A DNA stretch of 63,974 bases, filler included, from Octopus bimaculoides (Eukaryota): assembly GCF_001194135.2 (NCBI RefSeq). It is 7 parts of 6 records of this genome, joined end to end, with 100 filler letters (N's around TTAATTAATTAA, not from the genome) between each part and the next. Parts side by side here need not be neighbours in the genome. Positions count along the whole stretch, not along the records: positions 14,167 to 31,565 come from NC_068992.1; positions 31,666 to 47,064 come from NC_068984.1; 5 more parts are not named here. The stretch is one strand, 5' to 3'. Shown here one piece after another: positions 23,851 through 36,955 of the stretch; position 1 is the first letter of the stretch, and each line of letters opens with the position of its first letter. The translations under genes were made by a program, and so were the position numbers. The notes under the pieces are model-generated. The model saw only the letters and a list, made by a program, of their open reading frames with translations, was not told the DNA's origin and ran no database searches.

Positions 23851-24369
23851 ATATATATGTATGTATATATATTTACGTATATGTATGTATATATATGTAT
23901 ATGTATATATATGGGTGCCTCTGTGTTTGTGTGTAAATGTGTGTGTGCGTGTGCGTGCGTGTATGTTTGCGTGTGTGTGTGTATGTATTAAATACAATAA
24001 TATGATACAAAACGCTGGTTCAATCCCGTATGGTGTAGCTTTTACATACAAATAAATAAATGATAGTAACATAGAATTGAATGTATATCTACGTCTTATT
24101 TTATACGGGACATGTTGGAATCGAATTGTGACAAAAATTGCTAGCTTCAATTTGCAGTAATTTATCAGGTGTGCTTCTATAAAAACAAACACGTCGTTCC
24201 TTTTTGATTATGTTCTTTCTGTCGTCAAAATTCTCTGCAACCAATTTGTTTATTAATCCTCATATTCTAATTCCTATATGTTAAAGATATGTGTTGTATT
24301 TTAGTTCCTTAAACTTTCTTTGGCAGTGTATTTTGTTTTACTCTGGAAACATGATCAAATTATTTCAGT

Positions 24370-26480
24370 ATATTTATTTCTCATGAATATCACCAATCAT
24401 GTTAATGTCTCTGAAGTCGATTTTGCCTTTCATTATATCAGTGCCAAAAGAAAGTAGAAGATGAGCACCTTGGACGATGAAAATTCTATCAAAATTGGAA
24501 ATGAGCCATGATTTGCCATTGTAAAAATTGTCGGAAAAGCGTGTAAGCATATTAAAATTCAGGCATGACACAGATGAAATTCAACGGAAAGAGTATTTCC
24601 ACATAAGACCAGTGCAAAAAGTCAGAAGACAAATAAAGTGTTGAAGGAAAAACAGAAAAAATATCGGGATGTAGACCCATGTATGGCATGTGGTGGCATG
24701 CACCTGAAAAATATTGTCTGTATCAAAAAGCAAAGTGTTTTCACTGCGAGTTTACAGGACATATAAACCCGGACTGCCAAACTAGAATGATACGAAAACG
24801 GAACATACTGGAAAAAATAAATAGTTTGTCAACAGGAAAAGGTGTGACTAAAACAAACAGAAAATTCGTGAATGTGGAAACTGAATACACTAGTGTCAGA
24901 ATACAATGAGTCAGGGAAAGTGATATCACAATCAAATGAGAAACATGGGAACAAACGGTAAACCAAAATTATGTAGTTCAAATAAAACGGAGTAGGGTGT
25001 TACGGGAAGAAATTTATATTTCACGGGCGAACACCTTTGTAATATAATGTTCAAAGGTCGGACCAAAACTCCATATTTACGGGTTGCAAAATCTATGAAT
25101 TTATTTGGCACCGAATGTTTAACGAAATTTAATTTATGGTATACACACCCATAAACGCTTTGTGCAATAGCGTAAAACAGAGCAGTCAAGCGATCGAACG
25201 AGGTTAATAAACTGAAACAAAAAAAAGTAATGTGGAACATCGTGCGTGAACTATCAGTTACTTTGGAAGAAATAAAAAGAAATGCGGGAAATGACAAATT
25301 TATTAATGAGACAGAAAGAAAATTGTGGTCGACGAAAGTAAATAAAGAATGGTCTGATGCAAAGAACCGCCAAGATGTAAACGTGCACTTTATATGTGAT
25401 GGTGTATTAACGTACGCTAAAAGGGTGATCATACCACAGACATTACAGAACAGAGTGCTAAAAGAGTTCCATATGGGAAATCTATGCGCTGATGCGAAGT
25501 TTCGCATCATGGCCAAACATGGACAAGGAAGTTCAAATCCTGGTAAAAGACTGCACATGATGTGCGCTTGCAACGAAACTACCAACTACAAAATGTGAAC
25601 CTTGGCCGGAAGTGAAAATACCATGGTCCCAATTGCATATTGATTTTGAAGGCCCTGTCAATGGAGATTATTACTTCATAGTAGTGGACAGCTACACAAA
25701 ATTGTCCAAGGTCGAGAGGCGTCAACGACCAACCTCATATACAGTAATAAACTTCTTACACGAGCTGTTCGCAAGATTTGGTGTTCCGCATATAATTTTC
25801 TATGATAACGGAGCATATTTTCTATCCTGTGAGTTTAAAAGATTCTGCGAGGTGTTCACGTTAGAGCATAAGTCTATAGCACCGTATCACCCTAGATTGC
25901 AAGGAAGGGCCGAACGGTTCGTGGACGTTTTTTAAGAGAGGTTTATAGAAAGCTAATAAGGAAGCCACGAACGAGGTCGCGATCCAACAATTCTTAAGGG
26001 TATACAGAGTAACACCGAACCTAAATGTGCCACAAGGAAGTTAACATGCAGAATTCATGTTTGCCAGAAAGGGAAATTCAGTGTTCAATAAACTATTAAT
26101 AGTGATGAAAAAAGTATGTGCTGGTAAAGACAGGCCAAAATCTTTGGAGTCCTCGATTAAGTATATGTAAGAATGTACAAAAATGGCAAGCAATACTGGG
26201 AGGAAGAAGAAATTATAACAGATAAATGAAGAATGATGTATGCTGTATGAAGCAGAAATGGAATGGAAAGGAAGCATACAAATTAGCTTAAGGAACGCTT
26301 CATAGCAAAGGAATGAACAAAAGTAGAAATACCGATGGATTGCTTATATGACATTTTTCAGGTTCCAACACTGTTACAAAAAGTCGAAGCCACACGTACA
26401 AGGAAAAGGAAGAACGATGGATTCCAAAATGTAGGCCCTATGAAGAAACTATATTGAGCATATATAGAAAAAGGAGGAGA
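24370..26480 (+). mobile_element. Ty3/Gypsy LTR-retrotransposon remnant (gag zinc knuckle, protease, integrase; RT/RNaseH missing)
   Basis: Gag CFHCEFTGHINPDC (CX2CX4HX4C); protease-like IQ..SGSDITI; RVIIPQTLQNRVLKEFH; integrase core PWSQLHIDFEGP..VVDSYTK..LFARFGVP..YDNGAYF..APYHPRLQGRAERFVD; polypurine tract AAAAGGAGGAGA at ~26469-26480. Many stops and frameshifts. Confidence 0.93.
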
Positions 26481-27193
26481 TAGAGTGAATAAAAGGAATT
26501 AATAATTAATTAAAATAATTAACATGTAAGATGTTACATACTGAAACTGTACACCACTCCCGGTAAAATGTGGTAGCAGGCAACCATTATAAATAGACCA
26601 GTATCCGGTCGTCAGAATGTCGAAAGTACATGTAGTCTGTGTTGACAGTCGTGTCTGTGCTGATACAGTAACTATGCTGTGATACTGAGAGGACGTCATT
26701 ACGATCCAACCTTTTGAGGATAATAAAACTGTAAGACTGGAGGTCGTACAGTACCAGATACAAACCTTCTATCGACGACTTCGGAATATAATAATATCGC
26801 TGAGAGTGAAAAAGACCGATATAATAGTGGTAAAAGCTGGCTTGACAACTGAAACAAATTATAAAATAATAGCATGATGTATTTTACAGTCATACAAAGC
26901 TGCCTTTTTGAAACGTACGCGTTGGCAGAAAATATTTAATATTCTCTTGGAAATTAAAAAATCATATATAATAGATACAAATGTGCCGCCGATATACACC
27001 CTTGCTTGTGGGAGTGTAGTATTAAAACACGGCTGCAAAGTTGATTTCAAACACCACAAGCATCATACAATGAGGTCTAAACAACTGTTATGCAACTTCA
27101 CGGCAAATTGCAGTTTACGTACATACATATACACATACACACACACACAAAAATATACATATATATGCACACACACTCACACACACATATACA

Positions 27194-27225
<32 letters not shown>

Positions 27226-28170
27226 NNNNNNNNNNNNNNNNNNNNNNNNNNNNNNNNNNNNNNNNNNNNNNNNNNNNNNNNNNNNNNNNNNNNNNNNNNN
27301 NNNNNNNNNNNNNNNNNNNNNNNNNNNNNNNNNNNNNNNNNNNNNNNNNNNNNNNNNNNNNNNNNNNNNNNNNNNNNNNNNNNNNNNNNNNNNNNNNNNN
27401 NNNNNNNNNNNNNNNNNNNNNNNNNNNNNNNNNNNNNNNNNNNNNNNNNNNNNNNNNNNNNNNNNNNNNNNNNNNNNNNNNNNNNNNNNNNNNNNNNNNN
27501 NNNNNNNNNNNNNNNNNNNNNNNNNNNNNNNNNNNNNNNNNNNNNNNNNNNNNNNNNNNNNNNNNNNNNNNNNNNNNNNNNNNNNNNNNNNNNNNNNNNN
27601 NNNNNNNNNNNNNNNNNNNNNNNNNNNNNNNNNNNNNNNNNNNNNNNNNNNNNNNNNNNNNNNNNNNNNNNNNNNNNNNNNNNNNNNNNNNNNNNNNNNN
27701 NNNNNNNNNNNNNNNNNNNNNNNNNNNNNNNNNNNNNNNNNNNNNNNNNNNNNNNNNNNNNNNNNNNNNNNNNNNNNNNNNNNNNNNNNNNNNNNNNNNN
27801 NNNNNNNNNNNNNNNNNNNNNNNNNNNNNNNNNNNNNNNNNNNNNNNNNNNNNNNNNNNNNNNNNNNNNNNNNNNNNNNNNNNNNNNNNNNNNNNNNNNN
27901 NNNNNNNNNNNNNNNNNNNNNNNNNNNNNNNNNNNNNNNNNNNNNNNNNNNNNNNNNNNNNNNNNNNNNNNNNNNNNNNNNNNNNNNNNNNNNNNNNNNN
28001 NNNATATATATAATGTTTATACATTATATGTATTTTTAGCTACATTCATACTGTGTTGCAGTTTGTATCATAATATTTACATTATGAAAGACGTCTGTTA
28101 TTAATTTAATTCATTAATATTATTTAGAACGGATTCAATAGCTATCTCTGATATATTTGTCTTCTTTCAG

Positions 28171-28216
28171 TTGAGTCGGCCTAGATTACCCGTTATCGTA
28201 TTACATGAACAGATAG
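28171..28216 (+). CDS. Candidate 46-nt internal exon (unverified)
   Basis: Strong acceptor TTTGTCTTCTTTCAG| and donor AG|GTATGA. Only one frame is open (LSRPRLPVIVLHEQI). I recognised no homology. Confidence 0.3.
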
Positions 28217-28988
28217 GTATGAATTGTATGTACATATATGCATATGGATACGGATTTTATGTAACACAACATTGTGTTCTTATGCAGAGTTGTATACCCA
28301 AACTTAAGTTTATATGCATGTAGGTAACTGTGAAGAGAGTTATGTATAAAGTATGAGTTTCTTTGTGAGAGAATACGAAGTATTTTGTAGGATTATTTTT
28401 TCACTAACCTAGTTCCCGCCTACTGTAACCAAGACTACTTTATAAGCTATATTTCATTGTTTAATTAGATTTTTTATCTGCTATAGCTTAGGTTGTAGAC
28501 GTTCCATTTTTACTCAAGATAGCCTGACGAGTTCTTCTGCTTTCTTTCTTCGAGTCCCTGACGAAAATAAATGTGCTCCCTGGTTGTGACTCTTACATAG
28601 AGAACGTCCTCTCTAGTTCATTCTGATTCAAACTCAGATGTGACAACTGACCGTTTTGGTAAATAATTATCGATTAAATTAGTACTTTTTAAGTCCTGGG
28701 GTCGATTCATTCGACGAAAGTTCGTCGAGGTGATGACTCAGCATTGTTACAATCTAATGACTAAAATATGTAAAAGAATAAAGGAATAAAATAATCTGGC
28801 GTTTGAATGTAATTATGAAATTATTTACTCAAATATTATCGTCCAAATCACTAGTATTCAGTAATGAATCATCTATAAAGGTCATGCATTTTATAATGCT
28901 ATAATAATATGACAAAATAATTCACTTCATTGATTGTGCTCTCGATTAAGCACGCTGTAAAATATACGTCTCCTGTTATTTTCTTTGT

Positions 28989-30058
28989 TTAGGTTCAGGG
29001 TTAGATATAGATTAGAGGTAAGGTAAGGTTAGGGTTAGAGATAAGGTTCATGTTGATGTTAGACTTAGGATTAGGGTTAGGATTAATTTTAGAGTTAGGG
29101 TTGAATATGATTTTTAGGTTTTCTTACTTTTCCTGTTGCTGTGTTCTTCGGTTATGTTTACTGTTAGGGTGAACGCTTAGATTAGGGTTAAGGTTAGGGT
29201 AAGTGTTAATGATAGTATTAGGGCTGAATTGTTTAGCCCTTGTTAATTTTCCTGTTGCTTAGGATTAGATTTAGGGATAGGGTTAGTGTTAGTGCTAGGG
29301 TTTAGGGTTGGATGTCTTTTTAGCCATTGTAACTTTTTTCTGGTGCTGTGTTCCTTGATAAGTGTTAAGGTTACAGTTACGGTTATTGTCAGGGTTAGGC
29401 TTAATGTTAGGGTTCAGTTAGGACTTGAGTTACAGTTAGGATTAGGGTTGGATGTGTTTTTTGTTCTTGTTACTTTTCCTCTTGTTGTGTTCTTTAGCTA
29501 GAGTTAAGGTTAACGTAAGGGTTAGACCTTGGGCTTGGAATAATGATAGGATTGGTGTTAGGGTTAGGATTAGATGTGTTTTAACCTTTGTCCATGTTTA
29601 TGTTGCTCTGTTCTTTTGCTAAGGCATGGGTTAGAGTTAGGTGTTTAAAGTTAGTGTTAAGATTAATGTTAGGGTTAGATGTGTATCTAGCCGGTGATGC
29701 TTTCCTGTTGCTGTGTATTTTTGCTAAGGTTGGGGTTAGGCTTAGGGTTTACGGGATAGGGTAAACATTTGTTTTAGGGTTAGATGTGTATTTAGCCGTT
29801 GAGAGTTTTCCTGTTGGTTTGAGTTTTGGTTATGGTTAGAGTTAGTGTTAGGGATAGGGTTATTGTTAAGGTTATGGTTAGTGCTAGGGTTAGAGTTAAG
29901 TGTGTTTTTATCCCTTGATAGTTTTACTGCTGCAGTCTTCTTTGTTTAGGGTTGGGATTAGTGTTAGGATTAGGGTTAGATTTGGGGTTAAGTTTAAGGT
30001 TAGTGTTTGCGTTAAGTTCGAATGTATTTTTTAGCCCTTAACCGTTGCTGTTGTCTTT
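28989..30058 (+). repeat. Higher-order satellite of degenerate TTAGGG plus a conserved spacer
   Basis: TTAGGG/TTAGAG/TTAAGG/TTAGTG runs interrupted about every 90-140 bp by GATGTGT..TTAGCC.TTG..TTTTCCTGTTGCTGTGTTCTTT. About 9-10 units. Confidence 0.9.
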
Positions 30059-30724
30059 GGTTTTATCACATAATGCACTCATTATAGTCAGTGTTGTGTA
30101 CTGTTTTCCAACGATATACTGTATTAAACATATTATGTCAAATCACTTAAATCGTAGAAGTATAGCGACTGTGTATTCAATTTCACACTATTCAATTAAT
30201 TGTCATTTACGTAATATTTCGTGTTTAATTGTATAAGATATAAATTAGACATATGGAAATAAACAATATAAACTTTTAAATCCACCACCCCCATACTTAT
30301 CAATGCGTATATGTGCGTGCTTCTGTGCAACAGTTCATATATGTCCATGCAAATGAATGTGTTTTATGTGCTTATCTTTGTGAAGAAATGCATGTCTATT
30401 TATTATATTAAGTTTTATTAACTTGTTTTTATTATTATGTAAACACACTGCTAGATAATGACATTAATGTTCAAGTCGGCATATCTCGTGAATCCATTTC
30501 ATATCGAAGTGATGTGGAGTTCGTTGAACATAATTGTTATCAATGTGAGACATATGTCATGTTCAGTAGGGCTTCTAGGATTATGTTATACTCGCTATCC
30601 ACGGAAACGGAAGAGACATAAAAAGAAGAAAATGTGTAAACTTATGGTGATTATGAATTACGAAAACTTTTCTAATATTACGGTCATAATTATACACCAG
30701 ATTATATGAATGTGTGTTGCACAT

Positions 30725-30761
<37 letters not shown>

Positions 30762-30797
30762 CACAAACATGCGCACACACACACACATCTATCTATC

Positions 30798-30834
<37 letters not shown>

Positions 30835-32142
30835 ATATGTATAGAGGTAGGTATATACATGCATACGTTCGTACATGCATACATACACACACACATAAAA
30901 ACACACATAATACATACGTAGATTCATATATACATTCACACAGTCATACCTACATACATAGATACAATAGTGTATGAGTAACACCACTGTCATGAACAAA
31001 TAATTTAATATGAGAAATATTCAATGACACAAATGAACAATATCTTATCAATGTGTGCCCCCCTAAATACTTTGCTGTGAATATTTTAACAGAAAAATAT
31101 AGAATCTTTACTATTATCTAATAATACTGGTATAATAAGAACATTGCCTATTTAGGCTTTGTAAGATATTAATTACGTAATGAAATCATAATTTCTTTAT
31201 GTAGATGACATTTGCTTATAATACGTCGAAATAGTTTTCAGCATAATTCCATTTATACTTGAGAGATACGATAATGGTGTTTCAGTTGTACATTTAAAAA
31301 CTATACGAACTATACAGGTATGACTCAAATTATTCTGAAAATGTCTTTCATTCCACACTGGATAAAGTTGTTGTACAAAGTATATCCCAGATATTACAGG
31401 TGAAAACAAAATCCTAGTGTTCATCTCAGAACCACTTCGTGTAAATCCCTGGTACCGCAGTATTCAAATATCGGTATAAATGTTACACCTTTTAATTAAC
31501 CACTTATTTGCTAAATTATGCTATATATCATAAGAATTCTTCGTGAAACCAAAGCATATATATATNNNNNNNNNNNNNNNNNNNNNNNNNNNNNNNNNNN
31601 NNNNNNNNNTTAATTAATTAANNNNNNNNNNNNNNNNNNNNNNNNNNNNNNNNNNNNNNNNNNNNTTTATCATTAGCTGAAAAAGTTAACATTCTAGGGT
31701 GGAGGCCTTGGCAAGTTTTATCTTATTTCTTTTTAAAACAGTTTTCTGTGTCGCTAACATTTATTCCCTCGACGTCGTTAGCGACGGAGTGCCAACACCA
31801 ATATTGACAGACAATTGGGTGTGATTTAAGGGAAATTTAGCGGCTGTTTCTAACAAACCGATTTACAATGAAGTTTCCTCGTTGGCAACTGTAGCAACGA
31901 GCATGGTTATTATACCGAAGTATCTTGTTCTTTTCATTCCCGACTTCAGGCGACTGTAGTTAAGAAGTTCACATTGAAACGATATTGCTCCAGATTTGAT
32001 CCCACTTCGCGGCACCTTGGACGCGAATGACTTCCATCGTGGTTTCAGGCTGACCAGTACGTTGGCAGAACAATTTAGTAGATTAGAAACAATAAATGCT
32101 CGTCAAGTATGCGCGCGCGCGCGCGCGCGCGTGCGTGCGTGC

Positions 32143-32190
<48 letters not shown>

Positions 32191-32220
32191 ACACACTCAC
32201 ACACGCATACATGATATACG

Positions 32221-32339
32221 TAGGTGTGGCTATGTGATTAAGAAACTGACTTTGTAACCACGTGGCTTCGGATTCAGTTCCAAAGCGCAGCACCTAAGGC
32301 AAGCACTTTCAACTACAACCTAGAGCCGAATAATGCCTT

Positions 32340-32370
<31 letters not shown>

Positions 32371-32620
32371 GTGTGCGTCTTTTGTGTGTATGTGTCTTTT
32401 GTATGTGTGCATGTGTCTTCGTGTGTCTCCCACTACTGCTGGACAAGTGGTGTTGGTTTATTTACGTCCATGTTATGTAGTAGTTAGGCACAAAACTGAT
32501 ACAATAAGTACTAGACTTTAAAAAAAGATAAGCACCGGAGCCGATTCATTCGACTAAAACCTTCGAGGTGGTGCCCTAGCATAGCCGCAGTTCAATGACT
32601 GAAACAAGTAAAAGATAAAA
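32221..32620 (+). mobile_element. tRNA-derived SINE (OK-like), near full length with internal (GT)n
   Basis: tRNA-like head, CORE-like GGCAAG..CTT segment, (TG)n, and tail GGTGGTGCCCTAGCATAGCCGCAG..GACTGAAACAAGTAAAAGATAAAAG. Confidence 0.8.
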
Positions 32621-34719
32621 GACACACACACACACACACCAGACAGACAGACAAGTATGTGTGTCTGCAAGTATGTGTGTCTGCAAGTAAGTTTACATCT
32701 TTTGCAGTGGACACTAGTAAAAGATACGAACTTACATTCGTATAGCGTCGGATATCGACAAAGTCGTATCACCTTGACAACCAACACTACATCTTATCCG
32801 ATTACAGAAGTTAAACAACATTGAGCCTAATTAGTCGATAATTGAGTGGCCGCTTGAGAAACCAAGATGTCGTAAACAAATAGCCACAAAAATAAAACTT
32901 TCCTTTGAACAACGACTGCGACGCAAAGAAGATGGAGAGGAAATAAATGTTAGCGACACAGAAAACTGTTTTAAAAAGAAATAAGATAAAACTTGCCAAG
33001 GCCTCCACCCTAGAATGTTAACTTTTTCAGCTAATGATAAATTGGTGAATGCTGACCGATGGAGACCTTTTGATACAGTCAAAGTATCTTGAGTCAATGT
33101 AGTGCAACTGAGCTGAGCACCGCCTCGATGTCTTTGGTCGAACAAATCGATCCCAGTATAATTTTTTTTAAAATCTGGACTTATTCTATATTCATTTCAT
33201 CATGTGAAACCGTTAATCCCGACACATGTTTTTTTTTTNNNNNNNNNNNNNNNNNNNNNNNNNNNNNNNNNNNNNNNNNNNNNNNNNNNNNNNNNNNNNN
33301 NNNNNNNNNNNNNNNNNNNNNNNNNNNNNNNNNNNNNNNNNNNNNNNNNNNNNNNNNNNNNNNNNNNNNNNNNNNNNNNNNNNNNNNNNNNNNNNNNNNN
33401 NNNNNNNNNNNNNNNNNNNNNNNNNNNNNNNNNNNNNNNNNNNNNNNNNNNNNNNNNNNNNNNNNNNNNNNNNNNNNNNNNNNNNNNNNNNNNNNNNNNN
33501 NNNNNNNNNNNNNNNNNNNNNNNNNNNNNNNNNNNNNNNNNNNNNNNNNNNNNNNNNNNNNNNNNNNNNNNNNNNNNNNNNNNNNNNNNNNNNNNNNNNN
33601 NNNNNNNNNNNNNNNNNNNNNNNNNNNNNNNNNNNNNNNNNNNNNNNNNNNNNNNNNNNNNNNNNNNNNNNNNNNNNNNNNNNNNNNNNNNNNNNNNNNN
33701 NNNNNNNNNNNNNNNNNNNNNNNNNNNNNNNNNNNNNNNNNNNNNNNNNNNNNNNNNNNNNNNNNNNNNNNNNNNNNNNNNNNNNNNNNNNNNNNNNNNN
33801 NNNNNNNNNNNNNNNNNNNNNNNNNNNNNNNNNNNNNNNNNNNNNNNNNNNNNNNNNNNNNNNNNNNNNNNNNNNNNNNNNNNNNNNNNNNNNNNNNNNN
33901 NNNNNNNNNNNNNNTTTTAGACCCAAAGACGGCTAACTAGCAAACGGTGAAATCTGATTTTCTAGTAAGTAACGCCTTGAAGTGGATACATTTACAAAAC
34001 ACTTCTTTACGGTTGTTTAATGCGTCAGGTTTCTTAGTCTTTAAGAATTTTGGCTCTCTCCGCGATGCAGATCTTGCAACGGCCACTTCCATTAATATAC
34101 GACGGGCTTTCACTGTTTCCGTCCAATAAATTCACTCACGAGAAATTGGCCACCCTGTGGCTACAGCAGAAGACACTTGCCTTATGTCACGCAGTGGAAC
34201 TGAACTTGAAACCACGTACGAGGAAAGTCTAAGGATAATGATGCAAGATAGACACTTTTAAAGCCGAATTAGCCGTCAGAAATGCAAGGAACAAATGAGT
34301 TTGCGCATAAGAAATTTCTAAGCAAAACGACGTTATGGTTGACAAAGAGCGATGTAAAATAAATGAATAATAAATAAATAAATAAATAAATAAATAAATA
34401 TACCCCTGCCCTCAGCATGGCTGCAGGACAATGAATGATTGAAAGCGGTAAAACACACACACGTGTGTAGTAAACCTGGTGATTTGGGCGTTGGAAAACC
34501 TGTAACCAACTAACAAACGTTGTTATTCACATGCAGTGATACAAAATAAATACTTGAAGGCTGTCTCAGTATGGGCGCAAAACAGTAATTGAAAACAAGA
34601 ACGCGCGTGCGCACATATGTTTGTATAATCGTAGAAAAAGTACGCATGACATGTGACAGGATTTTTTCATATATTCATTCGTCAGAAGGCTGATGATTTT
34701 GCACTTCCGTTGCAGCTTC

Positions 34720-35057
34720 GTTGTTTCGAGTTCGGTTCCACTGCACGGCACCTTGGGCAAGTATCTTCTACTGTAGCTCCGAGGCCGATCTATGTCATGT
34801 GAATGAATTTGGTAGACGGAAACTGTGTGGAAGCCCATCATATTACGTGTGTGTGTGTGTGAGTTTGTGTATGTGTCTGTGTGCGTGTGACCTCACTACC
34901 AAACCGGTGTTAGTTTATTTACGTGTTTAGAACGTAACGTTTCGGCAACAAGATAAGTACCAGACTCAAGAAAGAAGTAATAGAATCGATTTGTTCGACT
35001 AAACCCTTACAGGCCAGTGCCCCAGCATTGCCGCAATCCAATGACAGCAACAAATAA
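34720..35057 (+). mobile_element. tRNA-derived SINE (OK-like)
   Basis: GTTCGGTTCCACTGCACGGCACCTTGGGCAAGTATCTTCTACTGTAGC...GGTAGACGGAAACTG...TAAGTACCAG...GTGCCCCAGCAT tail. Confidence 0.8.
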
Positions 35058-36357
35058 AACCTAATAGATTTATACACCCACACACATACACACACTATTT
35101 TCCTTGTGACGACTTCCCGCTCCTGCCCTCTCGTCTTCTCGACAACCACAGCTTGTTTTGTCTGCAGTCAATTCCTGTCATTTGATCCTTAAGACCAACG
35201 ATACTCACTTCTTTCTCTTCTTCTCCTCTCTCCCACTTTATCTTTCTATCTTTCTTTCTTTACTTTTCTTTCGCACCGCTTGTTTCTTGTTTTGCATATA
35301 TCTTGCCGCTGTTTATAGCAACGATGATAGTGGGTGGTAATGAAAACATAATCTAACACAAATACAAAATATAAATACTAGTCAACCGATCCTCTAGCTC
35401 GGTGGAAATCTATTCAAAATAAAGGGAAAATGAAACTAATGACAAGCATGATGGTGGAAAGCGGTGGTAGACAGCGGTGGTGGTGGTGCTGCTGCTACCG
35501 ACCATTGTAATAAAATAATAATAATGGTGTTGATATATGCTTATATCAATTGCTATGATAGCCAGTGTAGGTTAATGGTGGTAATGATTGCGACAATGAT
35601 AATGTGGTGATGGCGATGGTGATGATGATGAATGGTGGTGGGCAGGATTATTAAGGATAGCAGTGATAGTGATGAAGATAAATGATTACGATGATGATGA
35701 CGAAGTGGTGACAGGAGCAGTGATATCAAATGTGTTATTGTGATGGCTGTGATGTTTTAATGACAATGGCGATCATGTTGACGACGATACTGATGATGAT
35801 GAAAGCGGAGACGATGGTGGCACTCCTTTACAATGTAATCTATCCCTTCCCAAAAGCAACTTTTCACTTGCACAGGCAAGTCCACACCATCCTACAAAGT
35901 TACGGGGCCTTCAACCGACGGATCCATTAAGTTGCTTTGGAATCTGATTTGGTGCAGACCTCCAGGCGGATAAGAACTGGGACGAGGTTAATAACAGCAT
36001 GGCCAGTCTCACCCAGATATGGACTGGGGGNNNNNNNNNNNNNNNNNNNNNNNNGGGGGGGGGGGGTGAAGCTAGCCCTGAAAAGTCGGACAAAGGTGGG
36101 GAACGCGTATTATTGCTTCAGTTATGTATTATTGCTTGGCCGTTGTATCTCGCACCAGTATTCGTCAGACAGGATTTTGAATGGTTTGATCATTTGCTTC
36201 GTATGGAATGGACACGTTCCATTGTGCAGGCGGTCGGCGAGGATAATGCGCTGAGAGTGCAGCATTTACAGAGACTCCTGAATGGTGAGCAGGTGTGGTC
36301 GCTTTTTTTTTTTTTTTTTCTCACACACGTTTTTTCACAGCTTATCTCTTTGACAGT

Positions 36358-36726
36358 GGAGGCGCAATGGTCCAGTGGTTAGGGCAGCGGACTCGCGGTT
36401 TCGATTCCCAGACCGGGCGTTGTGAGTGTTTATTGAGCGAAAACACCTAAAGTTCCACGAGGCTCCGGCAGGGGATGGTGGCGAACCCTGCTGTACTCTT
36501 TCACCACAACTTTCTCACACTCTTTCTTCCTGTTTCTGTTGTACCTGTATTTCAAAGGGTCAGCCTTGTCACACTGTGTCACGCTGAATATCCCCGAGAA
36601 CTACGTTAAGGGTACACGTGTCTGTGGAATGTTCAACCACTTGCACGTTAATTTCATGAGCAGGCTGTTCCGTTGATCGGATCAACTGGAACCCTCGACG
36701 TCGTAAGCGACGGAGTGCCAACAACA
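36358..36726 (+). mobile_element. Full-length tRNA-derived SINE (OR-like) with 13-bp TSD
   Basis: Matches 9335-9717 (opposite strand). ATCTCTTTGACAG occurs at 36344-36356 and 36727-36739. Confidence 0.93.
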
Positions 36727-36859
36727 ATCTCTTTGACAGACCTTGTCATGGGGAGGAGGAGTGGGTGCTAGCAACAGGAATGTTGTCAGGCGTTCACGAA
36801 TTTCTAACAATCTGGCGACACACCTTGTGGAGCTTCCTTATCAAAATTCCATACTGGCA

Positions 36860-36955
36860 CTCACTCGGTTACGTCAAATTAACGTGCAAGTGGCAGAGCA
36901 CTCCACAGCTATGCGTACCCTTAACGTAGCTCTCAGGGAGATTCAGTGTGACACA
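36860..36955 (-). mobile_element. OR-like SINE 3' fragment
   Basis: TTAACGTGCAAGTGGCAGAGCACTCCACAG..TACCCTTAACGTAG..GATTCAGTGTGACACA is shared with the full copies. Confidence 0.75.
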
